From: an uncultured archaeon
Lineage (GTDB): Archaea > Iainarchaeota > Iainarchaeia > Iainarchaeales > 1-14-0-10-31-34
NCBI GenBank assembly: GCA_964442255.1
Contig: CAYTYC010000004.1
Coordinates: forward strand, 1,416 to 65,415
Direction: 5' to 3'
DNA: 64,000 nt
A model generated the notes under the pieces. It was given only the letters and a program-made list of their open reading frames with translations, ran no database searches and had not been told where the DNA came from. Below are positions 26,116-36,900 of this stretch, piece after piece (the stretch's first letter is position 1; every line of letters begins with the position of its first letter). The position numbers and the translations under genes were made by a program.

Positions 26116-26483
26116 CCCGGGGGCCTCCTTCTCATTTGCTGAACCATTCTCGTCCTTGCGGCCAAGTCAACTCCGCTGCTTACCGGCGACTCCATTCCTT
26201 TTCCTCCTTTGCTTCCTCCGGCTGTCACGAAGAAGAAGTCAATCATGAGGGTGGAGATTCCGAACATCAATAGCATGTACAGCACGTACACCGAACCGAA
26301 AAACATCCATGCGTCAAACAGCACAAACCACCCTATAAAAAGGATTAAGACAACCTGTGCCGGCTTGTTTTCCACGTGGTTCCGGATGAAGCTGATTATT
26401 GTAAGCAAAACAAATATCTTGATTATGAGCTGCAAATCGTTCCAGAACTCGAACAGCCAGAAAAACCCTTCCATAGTAAGCAC
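26112..26483 (-). CDS. Small membrane protein (3 TM) with a basic C-terminus
   Basis: 123-aa ORF immediately downstream of giant protein 1. Confidence 0.45.
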   Translation of the reverse strand: MLTMEGFFWLFEFWNDLQLIIKIFVLLTIISFIRNHVENKPAQVVLILFIGWFVLFDAWMFFGSVYVLYMLLMFGISTLMIDFFFVTAGGSKGGKGMESPVSSGVDLAARTRMVQQMRRRPPG

Positions 26484-26595
26484 TTTCTTTTAACCCCTAT
26501 AAATACTTAACCCGCGGGCTTTGTTTTCCGGGCCTGTTTCCTTTTGGTTCATGCGGGGGATTAACCCGCGGGAGTTTTCTTTTCCGGTTGCCGGC

Positions 26596-29500
26596 TTAAT
26601 TGCCGGTGGTAATGCAGCTTCCTTCCCCGAGCCCGAGCTCGAACTGGTTCAGGCTTTTTTTGCCTGCAGGCGCATAATTCAGGAGCGCGGTTTCATTCCA
26701 GTAAAATCCCGCCTCTGTTGCCGTGTCCTCCATGCAAACTTTTCCTTCTTCCACCAATTCAAACAGCTGTTCCAGTGCCTCTATTCCATGGTTTTGCTGG
26801 TTTAACTCCATTCCCTGCAATCCGTTTAAAACCATGAAATCATTTATTGCCGTATCCGGGGAAAAGAATTTAAGTGAAGCAGGCTTCTGCGCCTTTAACT
26901 CCATATTGGTTTCAGTGGGCGTGTAGAGGATTGTTCCAAGGTATTCGGTTCCGGGAAGGCTTACGGGTTCCCAAACCGTTTTGTACGCGTACTGGAAATT
27001 CAGCGTGTCTTTGGATGTTGCCCGTGAATCCGCCTTGTAAACTATTGCCCTTTGCGCAGGAAGCCCCCCAAAATCATAGCACTGCCCAAGCCCTTTCCAG
27101 TAGGTTAAATTGTCCCCGGCACTTTTTCCTTTCCCTGTTTCTTCCACATGGTAGGCCGCGGTCAAGGGCTTTTCGCTTTTTGTTCCCTGCACTTTCATTA
27201 TCACAGGGGTTGCAAGCGACGGGCTGAAAACCATTCTTTTTTTGTTTCCCGCGCCGCTTATTGCAAGCAGTTTTCCCCTTGTATCTGTTTCCGAGTTCAG
27301 GTAAGCCAAATCCTTTTCTGTGGCTGTTTCCAGTTCAACTGAAGCCATTTCGGCCGGCTGCCTGGTTAAGGGCTCTGTTGAAACAATGTCCCTTGTTTTG
27401 CTTAACTGCACTTCTTCACCTGTGTAAGCGGTTCCATAGCCTATCCTGTCCTCATCTAAATACCCTAACCTGCCGTTGAAGGGGAGGTAGTAGAATATGC
27501 TGTTCGGGGAGGGCTTTTGCAGGCGCTGGAATTCCACTGAAACCGTTGCTTTTGGGTTTCCATCGGCAGTGAAAAGCGCCCAGTCGTCCGCGTAATCTAT
27601 TCCGATGTCCACGGCGTACAGCCCTGCGTCAGGCAGTTCGTATTCATCAAAGTACCTGTTCCTGAAGCTGAACCTTGTCCTGTCATTATAGTATGCACCT
27701 ATTTCCTGCATTGCCTCTGTTCCGACAGCGTCATCAAGTTCAAGTGAAGGAACCTGGAAAAAAGTGCTTGTGGAATAGTATTTCACGAAATCCTTCTGGA
27801 AGTCGGCGGAATACCCGTCCCTGATCAAATATGCCTTGAAGTGCATCAGGTCGTGCATTTCTTGGAGTACCTGTTTTATTTTCTCGGAATCCGTTGAAAC
27901 GCTTTGCCCGCCAAATTTCACGCTTTCCTGGTTAACCAATTCTCCCAAGGTTGGATCAAGGGCGTTCAGGTAAACGTTTAAGGGCTCAAGGTCGTTGAAA
28001 AAAACTGTGCTGGGCTCTATCCAGCAGTTTAGGCTGGCGCTTGAGGAGTTGTTCATTAAACTGAATTCAAAGTACTTGTCGTCCTGTTTGTCCCCTTCCG
28101 CAGTGAGGTGCTCCAGCTGTATCGAGCCGGTGTAAGGGGTTTCGCTTTCCGGAAGTTCTTCAAACCTGCAGCTTGCGGATGCCGTTGCCCCGTTTTTTCC
28201 TATTCCTGTTAATTTCTTTTCGCATTCCGTTTCCCCGTTGTATAGGTATTCAGCTTCTTCCGGAACATTTAGCCTGAACAAAACATTCACGTCCTGAGCC
28301 TCCCCTGTGTTGTTTTTTACCGTTGCGCTCAAAAGCGCGTCACCGCTTTCGCCCAGGGAATTCCCTATCTCGCTTATTCCGATTTTTTCTTCCGGAACGG
28401 AATGGCTTTTGGCTTCCGCGTTTTGTTTTGCGGCTTCACTTTCCCCCGGCAGGTCTGGGCAGGCAAAATCGTATCCGTTTTCTTTCATGAAATCATTTAA
28501 TTTCGCGATTCTTTTCCACATCATTATGCTGAACTGTGTTGCGTCGCAGTAAATTGCTTCCTCATTCCCGGAATCGCATTCATTCCATGCAATTGCCTTG
28601 TCTTCAAACCCCCAGTCCAGCTTTATTTTTGGCGTTATGCCTTCCCCTGTCCTGCCTTTGATTGTTCCGTCACCGGAAGCGCAGGCAAACTGGTTTTGCT
28701 CCAGTTCCGGCAGCTTTTGTTCTTCTACCCGGGTTATAAACCTTAAATGGAATTTTTGCGTTACCTGAAGCAGGCCAAGGTCTTTCACGTCAAACATTGA
28801 GAACTTTGCGTCCGGGTTTTTTCCGTAGCTTGTCGGGTCCGCGTGAATGTGCCTTCTTGCCTTAACAGTTAAAACGTCATAGGCCGGCTCCTTTTGGCCG
28901 AGGGAAATGTTCCTGAAAATCAGCCCAACCGTTTCTTCGCCTGGCGTCTCGGAAATTTCAGGAAGGGTTTCATCCCAGTTCGGCTCCACGTCAAGCACGT
29001 TTTTTCCGTGTTCGCTTAGGCTTAGCCCGTTCCAGTCCCTGGGAATGCCGTCTCCTCCAATGCCCCGCCCGCTGAGGTTTATTGTGTAATCCCCTAATTC
29101 GTTTGTTTCCGTTTCTTTGCAGGGGTCGCTGAGCCAGGCGATTATTTCAGGGATAAAAGAGGCGCCAATGCAGGCAATTCCCCACGGGCCGACACAGAAA
29201 CCCAGCCCAATTGCGCCAAATGCCTTTGCGGCAAAGCCGGCGACAGCCACCGAATATGCCGCTGCCACGTTTCCCGCAGCCACAACCCCCGCGTGTGCGG
29301 CGGTCCATTTTGCGAGTTTTCCCGTGTTTTTCTTTCTTGCCTCATCCCATGCGCACACGCTTGCCTTCACATTAACGGTTGTGAACACGTCACTGTTCAC
29401 AAGCGTTACCGCGTCCTTTGACTCGCCTTTAAGAAGCACATATTCGTAGTTGTTTGGGTTCACCAGCGAAAACGGCTCCTTGTCTTCCGGGTCAACCAGC

Positions 29501-32500
29501 ACGTCAAGCGTTCCCAATTCAACCCAAAACGGGTTTTTTTCCGTGCGGGCCTCCACTTTTACCCCATAGATTCCGGGCACTGTGCCTCTGCTTACGGTTA
29601 CTTCAGCCGAACCGTCCTTGCTTAAGGTTATTTGTGGTGCCCCGAACCTCCCTATTTGGGGGCTTAGGCTTATCCCCCCTTCCGTTGTCCCGCCCCTGCA
29701 GCCGGGGTCATTGTGGCAGAAAATTACGTCAACCCTGGTTTTGCATTCATTGACCACGGAAAAGCTGTCGTAATGTTCGCCTGAATCCACCTTTACCGGG
29801 TTGTTGAACCCTTCCCCGATTTTCAGGCATTCCCTCAAATTTATTGCCCCAAGGTTTGCTGTAAGGGCGTTGCTGTAAACTGTGGAAAGCCCTGAATCCG
29901 TTAAAGCCTCGGCCTGCACTGTTACCTCAAAGTGCGCCTCTTTGGTGTCCTGTTCGGGGGTGAAAATCAGTGTTCCCACGTACTCCGCATCTGCCTCCAC
30001 CGAATTAAAAAAGTAAGCCGGGCGCATTTCCTGCAGTTCGTTTGTAAGGGATTTCCCGTTTTCAATCTTCAATTGTATTGTTCCGTTCGGCGTTCCTGAA
30101 GTCCAGCGTATTCTTGCGCTTAGGTTGCGGAGCGCAAGGGGCGTGTGCGTGTTTTTTTCCAGACACCCGTTGGTTATGTAGAAGTTATGTGTTATTGTTT
30201 CACTTTCTTCAATCAACTCCTCCCAGCTTGCCCCGTCAATCCCCAAACAATCATTGTTTTCCAGTTCCGCGCCTGTTCCAATGTTTGCGTTAAACCCGAC
30301 ATCAAAGCTCCAGTCAAATGTTCCGTCAGTAACCACAATATTGTACACTCCGTTCACTGACCCTGTTTCCTCTTCAGGAAGGCCTTGGTTAATTGCCGCA
30401 TAAAACTGTATCGGCGGGTCCGCAAGGCTTTTTTTGGGAATAAGCTTTCCGATGAAGCCGCTTGCCTCAATGAACCTGTTCATGCCCTGCAAGTCCAAAT
30501 AATACCCGAGATAGCTCCTTGGAAACTTTTTTCCGATGAATTCAATTTCCTTTATCGTTAGGTTGCGGTTGATTTGGTTGAATAATTCAATGTTTTCCCT
30601 GTGGCTTTTTTTCCCGAACTTTTCCAATGAAAAGCTGAGGGTTTTCGGGCTTACATCCAGAATGTTTGCGTCAACCCTTATTAGGGTTTCCGCGGGCTCA
30701 AACCCGAATTTTCGTGTCGTAAAGTAAAGCCTTGCCCCGGGGCGCATCTCCTGCGTTAACGTGAAAACGGCCTTTCCGTAATTGTCTGTCTCCAGCTCCC
30801 CGCGCTGGCCCATCAGCGCGCTCCTGTATCCGTCGATTTCCTTGTCCACGTAAACATTCGCGAACCTTACAGGAAACCCGTCTTCATCCAGCACAGTCAC
30901 CCTTATTCCCGGCCTTGTGAAGGAAAAAATCTGCGCAGGCTCAACCTGCACTTCCATTTCCTGCATTGAATCAACATCTATTTCCGCGTAATGCCCAAAC
31001 CTTTCCTCCGCTCCCATGTCTGTGAGCTCAAAAATCTTTAATGCAATCGGAACATTTCCCGAGGGAAGGAGGGCCTTGAATTTGAGCGTACCGGTTATTT
31101 TTTTTCCCTTTGAAAAATTCCCTAACTCAATTCTAGGCAGCTTATTGGTTTCATTTATTGGATTCAGTGAGCTTTTTATTGTTCTCCCGCTTGCGTTTGT
31201 CAGGGTGTACTCCAAAAACTCCAGCGCATTCAGTTCTTTCCCTGTTTTGCTTGAATTGGAAACATAAATTTTTGCGTTTTCGTAAACTTTTTCGCCGTCA
31301 TTCAGCACCTCAAACCTGTACTCATATTCCCCGTTCACTGTTGCATTAAAATTGTCTTCCGTGAAAATGTACGGCTCTTCATTCAGGTCCTTTAACCCTT
31401 CAAATGTTACGCACACGCCTTCCTGCCTGTCCGGGCTGCAGACTGGCTCTGCAGCCGGGCCGTCCACGGGAATCTCCGGCTCATCCCCTCCGCCTTCCCC
31501 GCCTTGCGGAGCGCGGACCTCAAACTCCTCGTCAAATGTTAAGGCATACAAAGGCTGTTTTCCCGCAATCCCTTCATCTTCCGGTTCCCTGTCAAGGGCC
31601 TTGTTTTCTTTTTCCCCCCACGCACGGTAATGGAAGCTTATTTTGTCCCCTGCCTCCAAACCCTCTTTTATCCTGAATTCCACCGCAATTTCGTATTCCC
31701 CTGCCTCGGCCGGAATCCAGGTAATGTTAACCCATTTTGCGTTTGAATTCGTTAAATTGTCCAATGCCAGGTCCAGGGCTTCCCCGTCAGGCGGATGATA
31801 GGAGGAACCCATAACCGAAAAGTTTCTTCCCCCCGCACTGTATCCTGTGATAAGGAGATTGTCGTTTTCAACCCTCTCCGAATCGCCTGTCCGGAAATGC
31901 ACTCCAGCCTTCCTGTAACCCGAATTTTCGGGAATGCGGAGCTTCAATACCGCCCTATACTTTTCCCCTGCGCGCAGGGAATTCACCCTGTTTTCCCCGG
32001 AATAAAACTTTATTCCTTTCTCCAGCCCGAGCTTTTGCCCCGGAACTTTCTTCAATTCCAGTTTTATGTTGATGTTGTGTGTGTAGTTGGGCTTCAGGTA
32101 GTATTCTTTGCTTATTCCTGTCTCGTAATCCTTGTGCGTTGCCTTGACGTAAATGCTTTTTCCGGCCGGAAGGCTTAACGCAATCTTCCCTTCAGGGAGC
32201 GTATGGGTTTCCTTTTCCCCTGACTTGAATACAGCCTCTATTTTTGCTCCTTTAATTGTTTCCCCGAATTCGTTTTCCACGCGAATGTTCACGTTTGCGT
32301 TGTCCATTTCCATTTTCACAAGATAGGCGACAATTGAATCCTCCTGCACACTCTTCACCGCACTTTCCCCCCTGTAAAAGCCTTTTTCCGCGTACGCGTA
32401 ATAATTCCCGGATTCAACCGCCTCAAAGACCGCAACCCCGTCCGCGTTTGTGTCTTCAGGATGGTTTCCGGAAATTCTTCCGCTTTCAACTGTCCTTCCG

Positions 32501-33957
32501 TCCTCGTACTTCAGCCAAATTTTTGTCCCCTGCACCCCTTCACCTGACTCTTTTTCCCTTGCCTCAACAACAATTACCCCTTTTTTGTGCCTCACAGGAA
32601 CAAACGGTTCATCTGGTGCAGGAGGGCAATCGGGAATCCTCTCTAATTCAACCACCCGGTTTCCGTCCGAAAAGAAAATGTTTTCCATGAAAGGGTAAAA
32701 GCATTCCGCGGAAACACTTAACTCGAGTTCTTCTTCCGGAACAACGAATTCCACGTCTCTTCCCGTGTTGCGCGTGTTTTTTGTCCCAAGGTTTTTTCCG
32801 CTTTCCGCGCCCTTCAGCAAAACCAAGGCATTTATGACCCTTTCCCCTGAATCAATGTCAAGGACAGTTATTTTCAGTATTCCCGCAACGCTTTCATGCC
32901 CTTCCGGTGGGCCGTCTGCAGGCTCTCCTCCCGTGCCGTCCCCGCCTTCGGGCGGAACAAAAGCCTTTTCCAGAACAATTCTTTTTGACTTTTCGTCCCT
33001 TGCCCCGAGGTAGATTCCTTTAACCTCTTTCTGCACGTACTCTAAGTCAGGATCGCTTACCACTACATCGTATTCCCCGGGGTCGAGCCCAAAAACAGCT
33101 GTGCCAATTGAATCAGTCCAGCCTTCCCCAATTTTTGTCCCGTACTTGAATACTTCCACAAGCATTCCCTGGAGTGCAGCGCCCTCAAAATCTTCTGCCT
33201 CAATGTAAAGCTTTCCACTTAAATCCGGATCGTTTCCATTCAACGGCTTCAGCAGAATGTCTTTCGGGTTTCCGTTTACCACAGTGCGGGAATTGAATGA
33301 CTCATATCCCGCAATTTCCGCTTTTTCCACAACCAGTGTTCCGCAGCCTTCCGGAACCTCCGCCAAAATTTTTCCGTCGTAATCCGTGTCCCTTAATACT
33401 GGTTCATCCAGTTCTTTCCCTGAACTGCATGAAACGTAAACGGTTATGCTTTTTCCTTTTATGAGCCGCGAGTCCCCCGAGTCCTTGAACTGCAATAAAA
33501 CCTGCGTTGACTGCGGTTTAATCAGCCGCAGCCTTACCTCAAATTCATGGTCCTCCAGAACAGCGTATTCTTTTTTGAAGCCCTCAAAATTTTCTGTTCC
33601 CCTTATTTCCAGGGAAATTTTTGTTCCCGGCTTGGCGTAAACGGTTGCGGTGCCGTTTTTCCCTGTCTCTTTAACTGTTTCCTGCCCGTCAATTTCCAGC
33701 CTTAATTCTATTCCCCTTAACGGGCTGTCAGCCTGGTCAACCACCTTAAAGGTCGCAATTGCCTCCAATGGCTGGATTTCCGAAGGAAAAAGGAATAAGA
33801 TTCCAAGCCCCGCAAGGGCAATAATCGCTGCAATAAATAGAACAAGCGACGGAATTACCCTGTCTATGGGGTCTATTACCTTGTATACCGGCACTTTGGC
33901 GTTTATTTTGTCCAGTAACGCGTACCATTTGTCCTCTAAGGAGGAATAAAAGCCCAT
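26596..33957 (-). CDS. Giant surface protein 1 (2453 aa): conserved cytoplasmic N-module, one TM helix, many CarboxypepD_reg/Ig-like repeats, and a C-terminal head homologous to that of giant 2
   Basis: N-terminus MGFYSSLEDKWYALLDKINAKVPVYKVIDPIDRVIPSLVLF plus TM. Repeated V.V.D..G.PL.G..V.L...G beta-sandwich modules. A Gly/Ala-rich hydrophobic segment sits at ~29140-29300. The C-terminal block carries YCDATQFS, YLIRDGYSADFQKDF and YYLPFNGRLGYLDEDRIGYG. Confidence 0.85.
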   Translation of the reverse strand: MGFYSSLEDKWYALLDKINAKVPVYKVIDPIDRVIPSLVLFIAAIIALAGLGILFLFPSEIQPLEAIATFKVVDQADSPLRGIELRLEIDGQETVKETGKNGTATVYAKPGTKISLEIRGTENFEGFKKEYAVLEDHEFEVRLRLIKPQSTQVLLQFKDSGDSRLIKGKSITVYVSCSSGKELDEPVLRDTDYDGKILAEVPEGCGTLVVEKAEIAGYESFNSRTVVNGNPKDILLKPLNGNDPDLSGKLYIEAEDFEGAALQGMLVEVFKYGTKIGEGWTDSIGTAVFGLDPGEYDVVVSDPDLEYVQKEVKGIYLGARDEKSKRIVLEKAFVPPEGGDGTGGEPADGPPEGHESVAGILKITVLDIDSGERVINALVLLKGAESGKNLGTKNTRNTGRDVEFVVPEEELELSVSAECFYPFMENIFFSDGNRVVELERIPDCPPAPDEPFVPVRHKKGVIVVEAREKESGEGVQGTKIWLKYEDGRTVESGRISGNHPEDTNADGVAVFEAVESGNYYAYAEKGFYRGESAVKSVQEDSIVAYLVKMEMDNANVNIRVENEFGETIKGAKIEAVFKSGEKETHTLPEGKIALSLPAGKSIYVKATHKDYETGISKEYYLKPNYTHNINIKLELKKVPGQKLGLEKGIKFYSGENRVNSLRAGEKYRAVLKLRIPENSGYRKAGVHFRTGDSERVENDNLLITGYSAGGRNFSVMGSSYHPPDGEALDLALDNLTNSNAKWVNITWIPAEAGEYEIAVEFRIKEGLEAGDKISFHYRAWGEKENKALDREPEDEGIAGKQPLYALTFDEEFEVRAPQGGEGGGDEPEIPVDGPAAEPVCSPDRQEGVCVTFEGLKDLNEEPYIFTEDNFNATVNGEYEYRFEVLNDGEKVYENAKIYVSNSSKTGKELNALEFLEYTLTNASGRTIKSSLNPINETNKLPRIELGNFSKGKKITGTLKFKALLPSGNVPIALKIFELTDMGAEERFGHYAEIDVDSMQEMEVQVEPAQIFSFTRPGIRVTVLDEDGFPVRFANVYVDKEIDGYRSALMGQRGELETDNYGKAVFTLTQEMRPGARLYFTTRKFGFEPAETLIRVDANILDVSPKTLSFSLEKFGKKSHRENIELFNQINRNLTIKEIEFIGKKFPRSYLGYYLDLQGMNRFIEASGFIGKLIPKKSLADPPIQFYAAINQGLPEEETGSVNGVYNIVVTDGTFDWSFDVGFNANIGTGAELENNDCLGIDGASWEELIEESETITHNFYITNGCLEKNTHTPLALRNLSARIRWTSGTPNGTIQLKIENGKSLTNELQEMRPAYFFNSVEADAEYVGTLIFTPEQDTKEAHFEVTVQAEALTDSGLSTVYSNALTANLGAINLRECLKIGEGFNNPVKVDSGEHYDSFSVVNECKTRVDVIFCHNDPGCRGGTTEGGISLSPQIGRFGAPQITLSKDGSAEVTVSRGTVPGIYGVKVEARTEKNPFWVELGTLDVLVDPEDKEPFSLVNPNNYEYVLLKGESKDAVTLVNSDVFTTVNVKASVCAWDEARKKNTGKLAKWTAAHAGVVAAGNVAAAYSVAVAGFAAKAFGAIGLGFCVGPWGIACIGASFIPEIIAWLSDPCKETETNELGDYTINLSGRGIGGDGIPRDWNGLSLSEHGKNVLDVEPNWDETLPEISETPGEETVGLIFRNISLGQKEPAYDVLTVKARRHIHADPTSYGKNPDAKFSMFDVKDLGLLQVTQKFHLRFITRVEEQKLPELEQNQFACASGDGTIKGRTGEGITPKIKLDWGFEDKAIAWNECDSGNEEAIYCDATQFSIMMWKRIAKLNDFMKENGYDFACPDLPGESEAAKQNAEAKSHSVPEEKIGISEIGNSLGESGDALLSATVKNNTGEAQDVNVLFRLNVPEEAEYLYNGETECEKKLTGIGKNGATASASCRFEELPESETPYTGSIQLEHLTAEGDKQDDKYFEFSLMNNSSSASLNCWIEPSTVFFNDLEPLNVYLNALDPTLGELVNQESVKFGGQSVSTDSEKIKQVLQEMHDLMHFKAYLIRDGYSADFQKDFVKYYSTSTFFQVPSLELDDAVGTEAMQEIGAYYNDRTRFSFRNRYFDEYELPDAGLYAVDIGIDYADDWALFTADGNPKATVSVEFQRLQKPSPNSIFYYLPFNGRLGYLDEDRIGYGTAYTGEEVQLSKTRDIVSTEPLTRQPAEMASVELETATEKDLAYLNSETDTRGKLLAISGAGNKKRMVFSPSLATPVIMKVQGTKSEKPLTAAYHVEETGKGKSAGDNLTYWKGLGQCYDFGGLPAQRAIVYKADSRATSKDTLNFQYAYKTVWEPVSLPGTEYLGTILYTPTETNMELKAQKPASLKFFSPDTAINDFMVLNGLQGMELNQQNHGIEALEQLFELVEEGKVCMEDTATEAGFYWNETALLNYAPAGKKSLNQFELGLGEGSCITTGN

Positions 33958-33985
33958 CAGTTTTCAACCCTTTTTTCCGGCTTAA

Positions 33986-36900
33986 TTATTGAATACAGGT
34001 TTCTTCTATATTAAGCTTTTGTATCACCGGTTCAAGGGGTTCCGCAACCGTTTCAGGATTCCACCAGAATTCCGCCAGCACTTCACTTTTCGTGTCAGTC
34101 AGGCACACCTTTTCCTGTTCCATTAAGTCAAACAGGTCTTCAACTGTCTTGACTTCATCTGACCTGAAGCCTGAAAGCGTTGTCGCGCCTGTAATATTTT
34201 CCTCCACGGCTGTGTGGAATTTCAGGGTTCCGCTTTTTCTTGCAACACTTAATTTTGAAACCGCTTCCTGCGGGGTGAAGAAAATGGTTTGCATGAACAC
34301 TTTCCCGTACTTCACCGGGTCATTCCAATGGAAACCGTATTCGTACAAGTCGCGTGAAAGAGGGGTGGAGCTTCCATGGGTGTCGGGAACCTCAAACAAG
34401 TCGTTTGGCGCATCGCCGAAATCCCTGCACGCGTTTTCCCCTTCCGGAAGGCCAACCCATTTTGTTAAGCCGTTGTCTCCCAGGTTTTGCGCTTCCCCGT
34501 CAACTGTTGCGGTGTAGAAAGCGTAAACTGACTCTGTTCCCGTGTCCTCTATTTCCATTACAACCGAGGTTGCCTTGGACGGCGAAAAGTCCATTGAAGT
34601 CAGTTCATCGTTGTTTCTTTTTACTTCCAGTATTACTCCCCTTTTATCCATGTTTAAAGCCTTAAGCGAGTCCTCCACCTTTGTTTCCAGCGTGTGCACT
34701 TGGGCCTGCCCCTGCGCGCTTGATGTATGCACAACATCCCCTGTGTTGTTTATGTTTATTTCTTCTCCGCTGAAATTCACTCCATAACCTATCCTGTCGT
34801 TGTCCATTCCAATCCTTCCGTTGAATGGAAGGTAATAGAACGGGGAGGGAGGCCATGCGTCCGCCTTCTGGTTCAGGTGAACCGTTATTTTCGCGTTCGG
34901 CTGCCCGCCAACAAACAGGGTGTAGCTTTCGTCGTTGAAGCTGATTTCAATTTCCACTTCATACAGGCCGGGCTTCCTTATTGGGGCGTTTACGCTCAGC
35001 ATTTTTGCCGCGTAATCGAATTCAAACAGGCTTGGGTTGTTGAAGTATGCCCCCAATCCTTCGTTTCCCATGTAGAATTCCGGCGCCTCAAAGAATGCGG
35101 AGGTTGTCGCGTATGAATGGAAGTCTTTCTGGAAGTCTGCGGAATAGCCGTCCCTTATAAGGTATGCGTTGAATTTGTACAACTGCCTTGCCTTTTCCTT
35201 TTGAATCGGGTCCAAAACTTCCCCTGATTTTTCCATTTCCTCAAAGAATTTCGGCAAAGTCAGCGTGGAATAAGCGCCGCATATTGCCCCGCTTGGGCAG
35301 TACGCCCCCATTGTTTCCAGCACCCCGTTTTCTCCAACGAGTTTATTGATTTTTTTCAGTATTTCCGTGCTTAACTGTGTTGCGTCGCAGTAAATGTAGT
35401 CCTCGTTTCCTTCATCGCACCGGTAGTCGCCGGTTTCCGCGTTATGCAAATCCCAGCGCCAGTCAAACTTTACCCTTGGAACAGCGTTTGCCCCTGTGCT
35501 TCCTGTCTTGTTTCCGAGCCTGCATTCCCCGTAGCCCTGGCCGTGGACCGGAATGTCGCTTTCATCATATGAAAGGAACTCCAGATTAAAGTATTTGTCA
35601 ACTTTTTCTGTCCTGTCCACAAGCCTGTTTGCAAATTCATCCAGCCTGTTTTCTGCAGACATTTCCTCAAAGTCTTCCAGGTCGTCTTCATCCAGTTTTG
35701 CGTTGTCCTTGTGCTTGTAGAAGAACTGGGTTCCCGTGACTTCCAGAACCCTGAACAAAGGCCTTAACGGGTCTTCTTGCTTAAGGTTTCCTGTGTTAAT
35801 GAATTTTAACTCTATTTCTTCAAATGTTTCCCCGCCTTCCACCGTGTTTTCCCCCACAAAAGAGGCTTTTGTGTCCCCGCGTTCTACTGTGATCCCGTCT
35901 TCCACTATTTTTTCCGGCAAAACCTGCTTGAATAACTCCCATTCATCCTGTATTTCCACATCCGCCTGCAGTGAATTAATTATCACCGGTTCCTGGTTAA
36001 TGTAATTAATTACTGTATTGGTTGCAAACCCGATTATCCCTGTCCATATTGGCCCCAAACCGGTGCTAAACCCTGGAAGCGCCCCAAGAATGTTTCCAAC
36101 CAACGGAATCCCTGAAAGCAGTTCAGTGACAAACATTCCGGTCGGCTGAACCGTGGCGGAAACCAGTCCTGTTGGTTGTGGGGATTCTTTTGGTGCAACA
36201 CCGCTTTCCGGAGGGCTTTCACCCGATTCAGTTTCTTCGCTGCCACTGTCTCCGCCACTTATGGCGGCTCCTTCTTCCGTGCTTTTGGTGTCAGGCGACC
36301 CTGTTGAAGTTTCCCCTGTTGTCGTGCTTGTAGTTGAACTTGTTCCACCTGGAGGCCCGTGCTTGTCTGGATCTGTTTCACCCACGGTTAGACCTAAGTT
36401 TGGGTTGGTTAGGGATGGATTGCTTTCTGGAATTTCCGGAAGGTCTAGGTTAATCGGCGTTCTACCACGTGAGTCTGGCTCCACAACTTTTTCCTTGCCA
36501 TTCTTGCCTAAGTCTGCTTCCCTGGGTTTTTTTGTTCCATTCAATTTGTTTTGAATGAAGTCCGTGGCAATGTGCACCCCGACTCCAATCAGTGTCGGGA
36601 TTATTGCGTCTTTCATTGCTTTCCAGATGCTTTTAACGTCAAACTCCAGTTCAACTTCTTTTGAATGGCAGTAATTCTGGACTGTAAGCGTGTCATAACC
36701 GTCGTACATTACATCCGGGTCGTCGTAAATGTCCAAAAAGTATTTGCTTAGCCTGATGCAGCCAATTCCCTCCAGCTCCGCGTCAATTCTCTGGATTTCC
36801 CTTCCGCTCACCTCCCCCGCGCCTGTAACTTTCACGTAAATCGGGTAAAGCCCCGGAAACTTGCCTGAATCATGGAAAACCGTTACCTCCTGTTCGCCTG

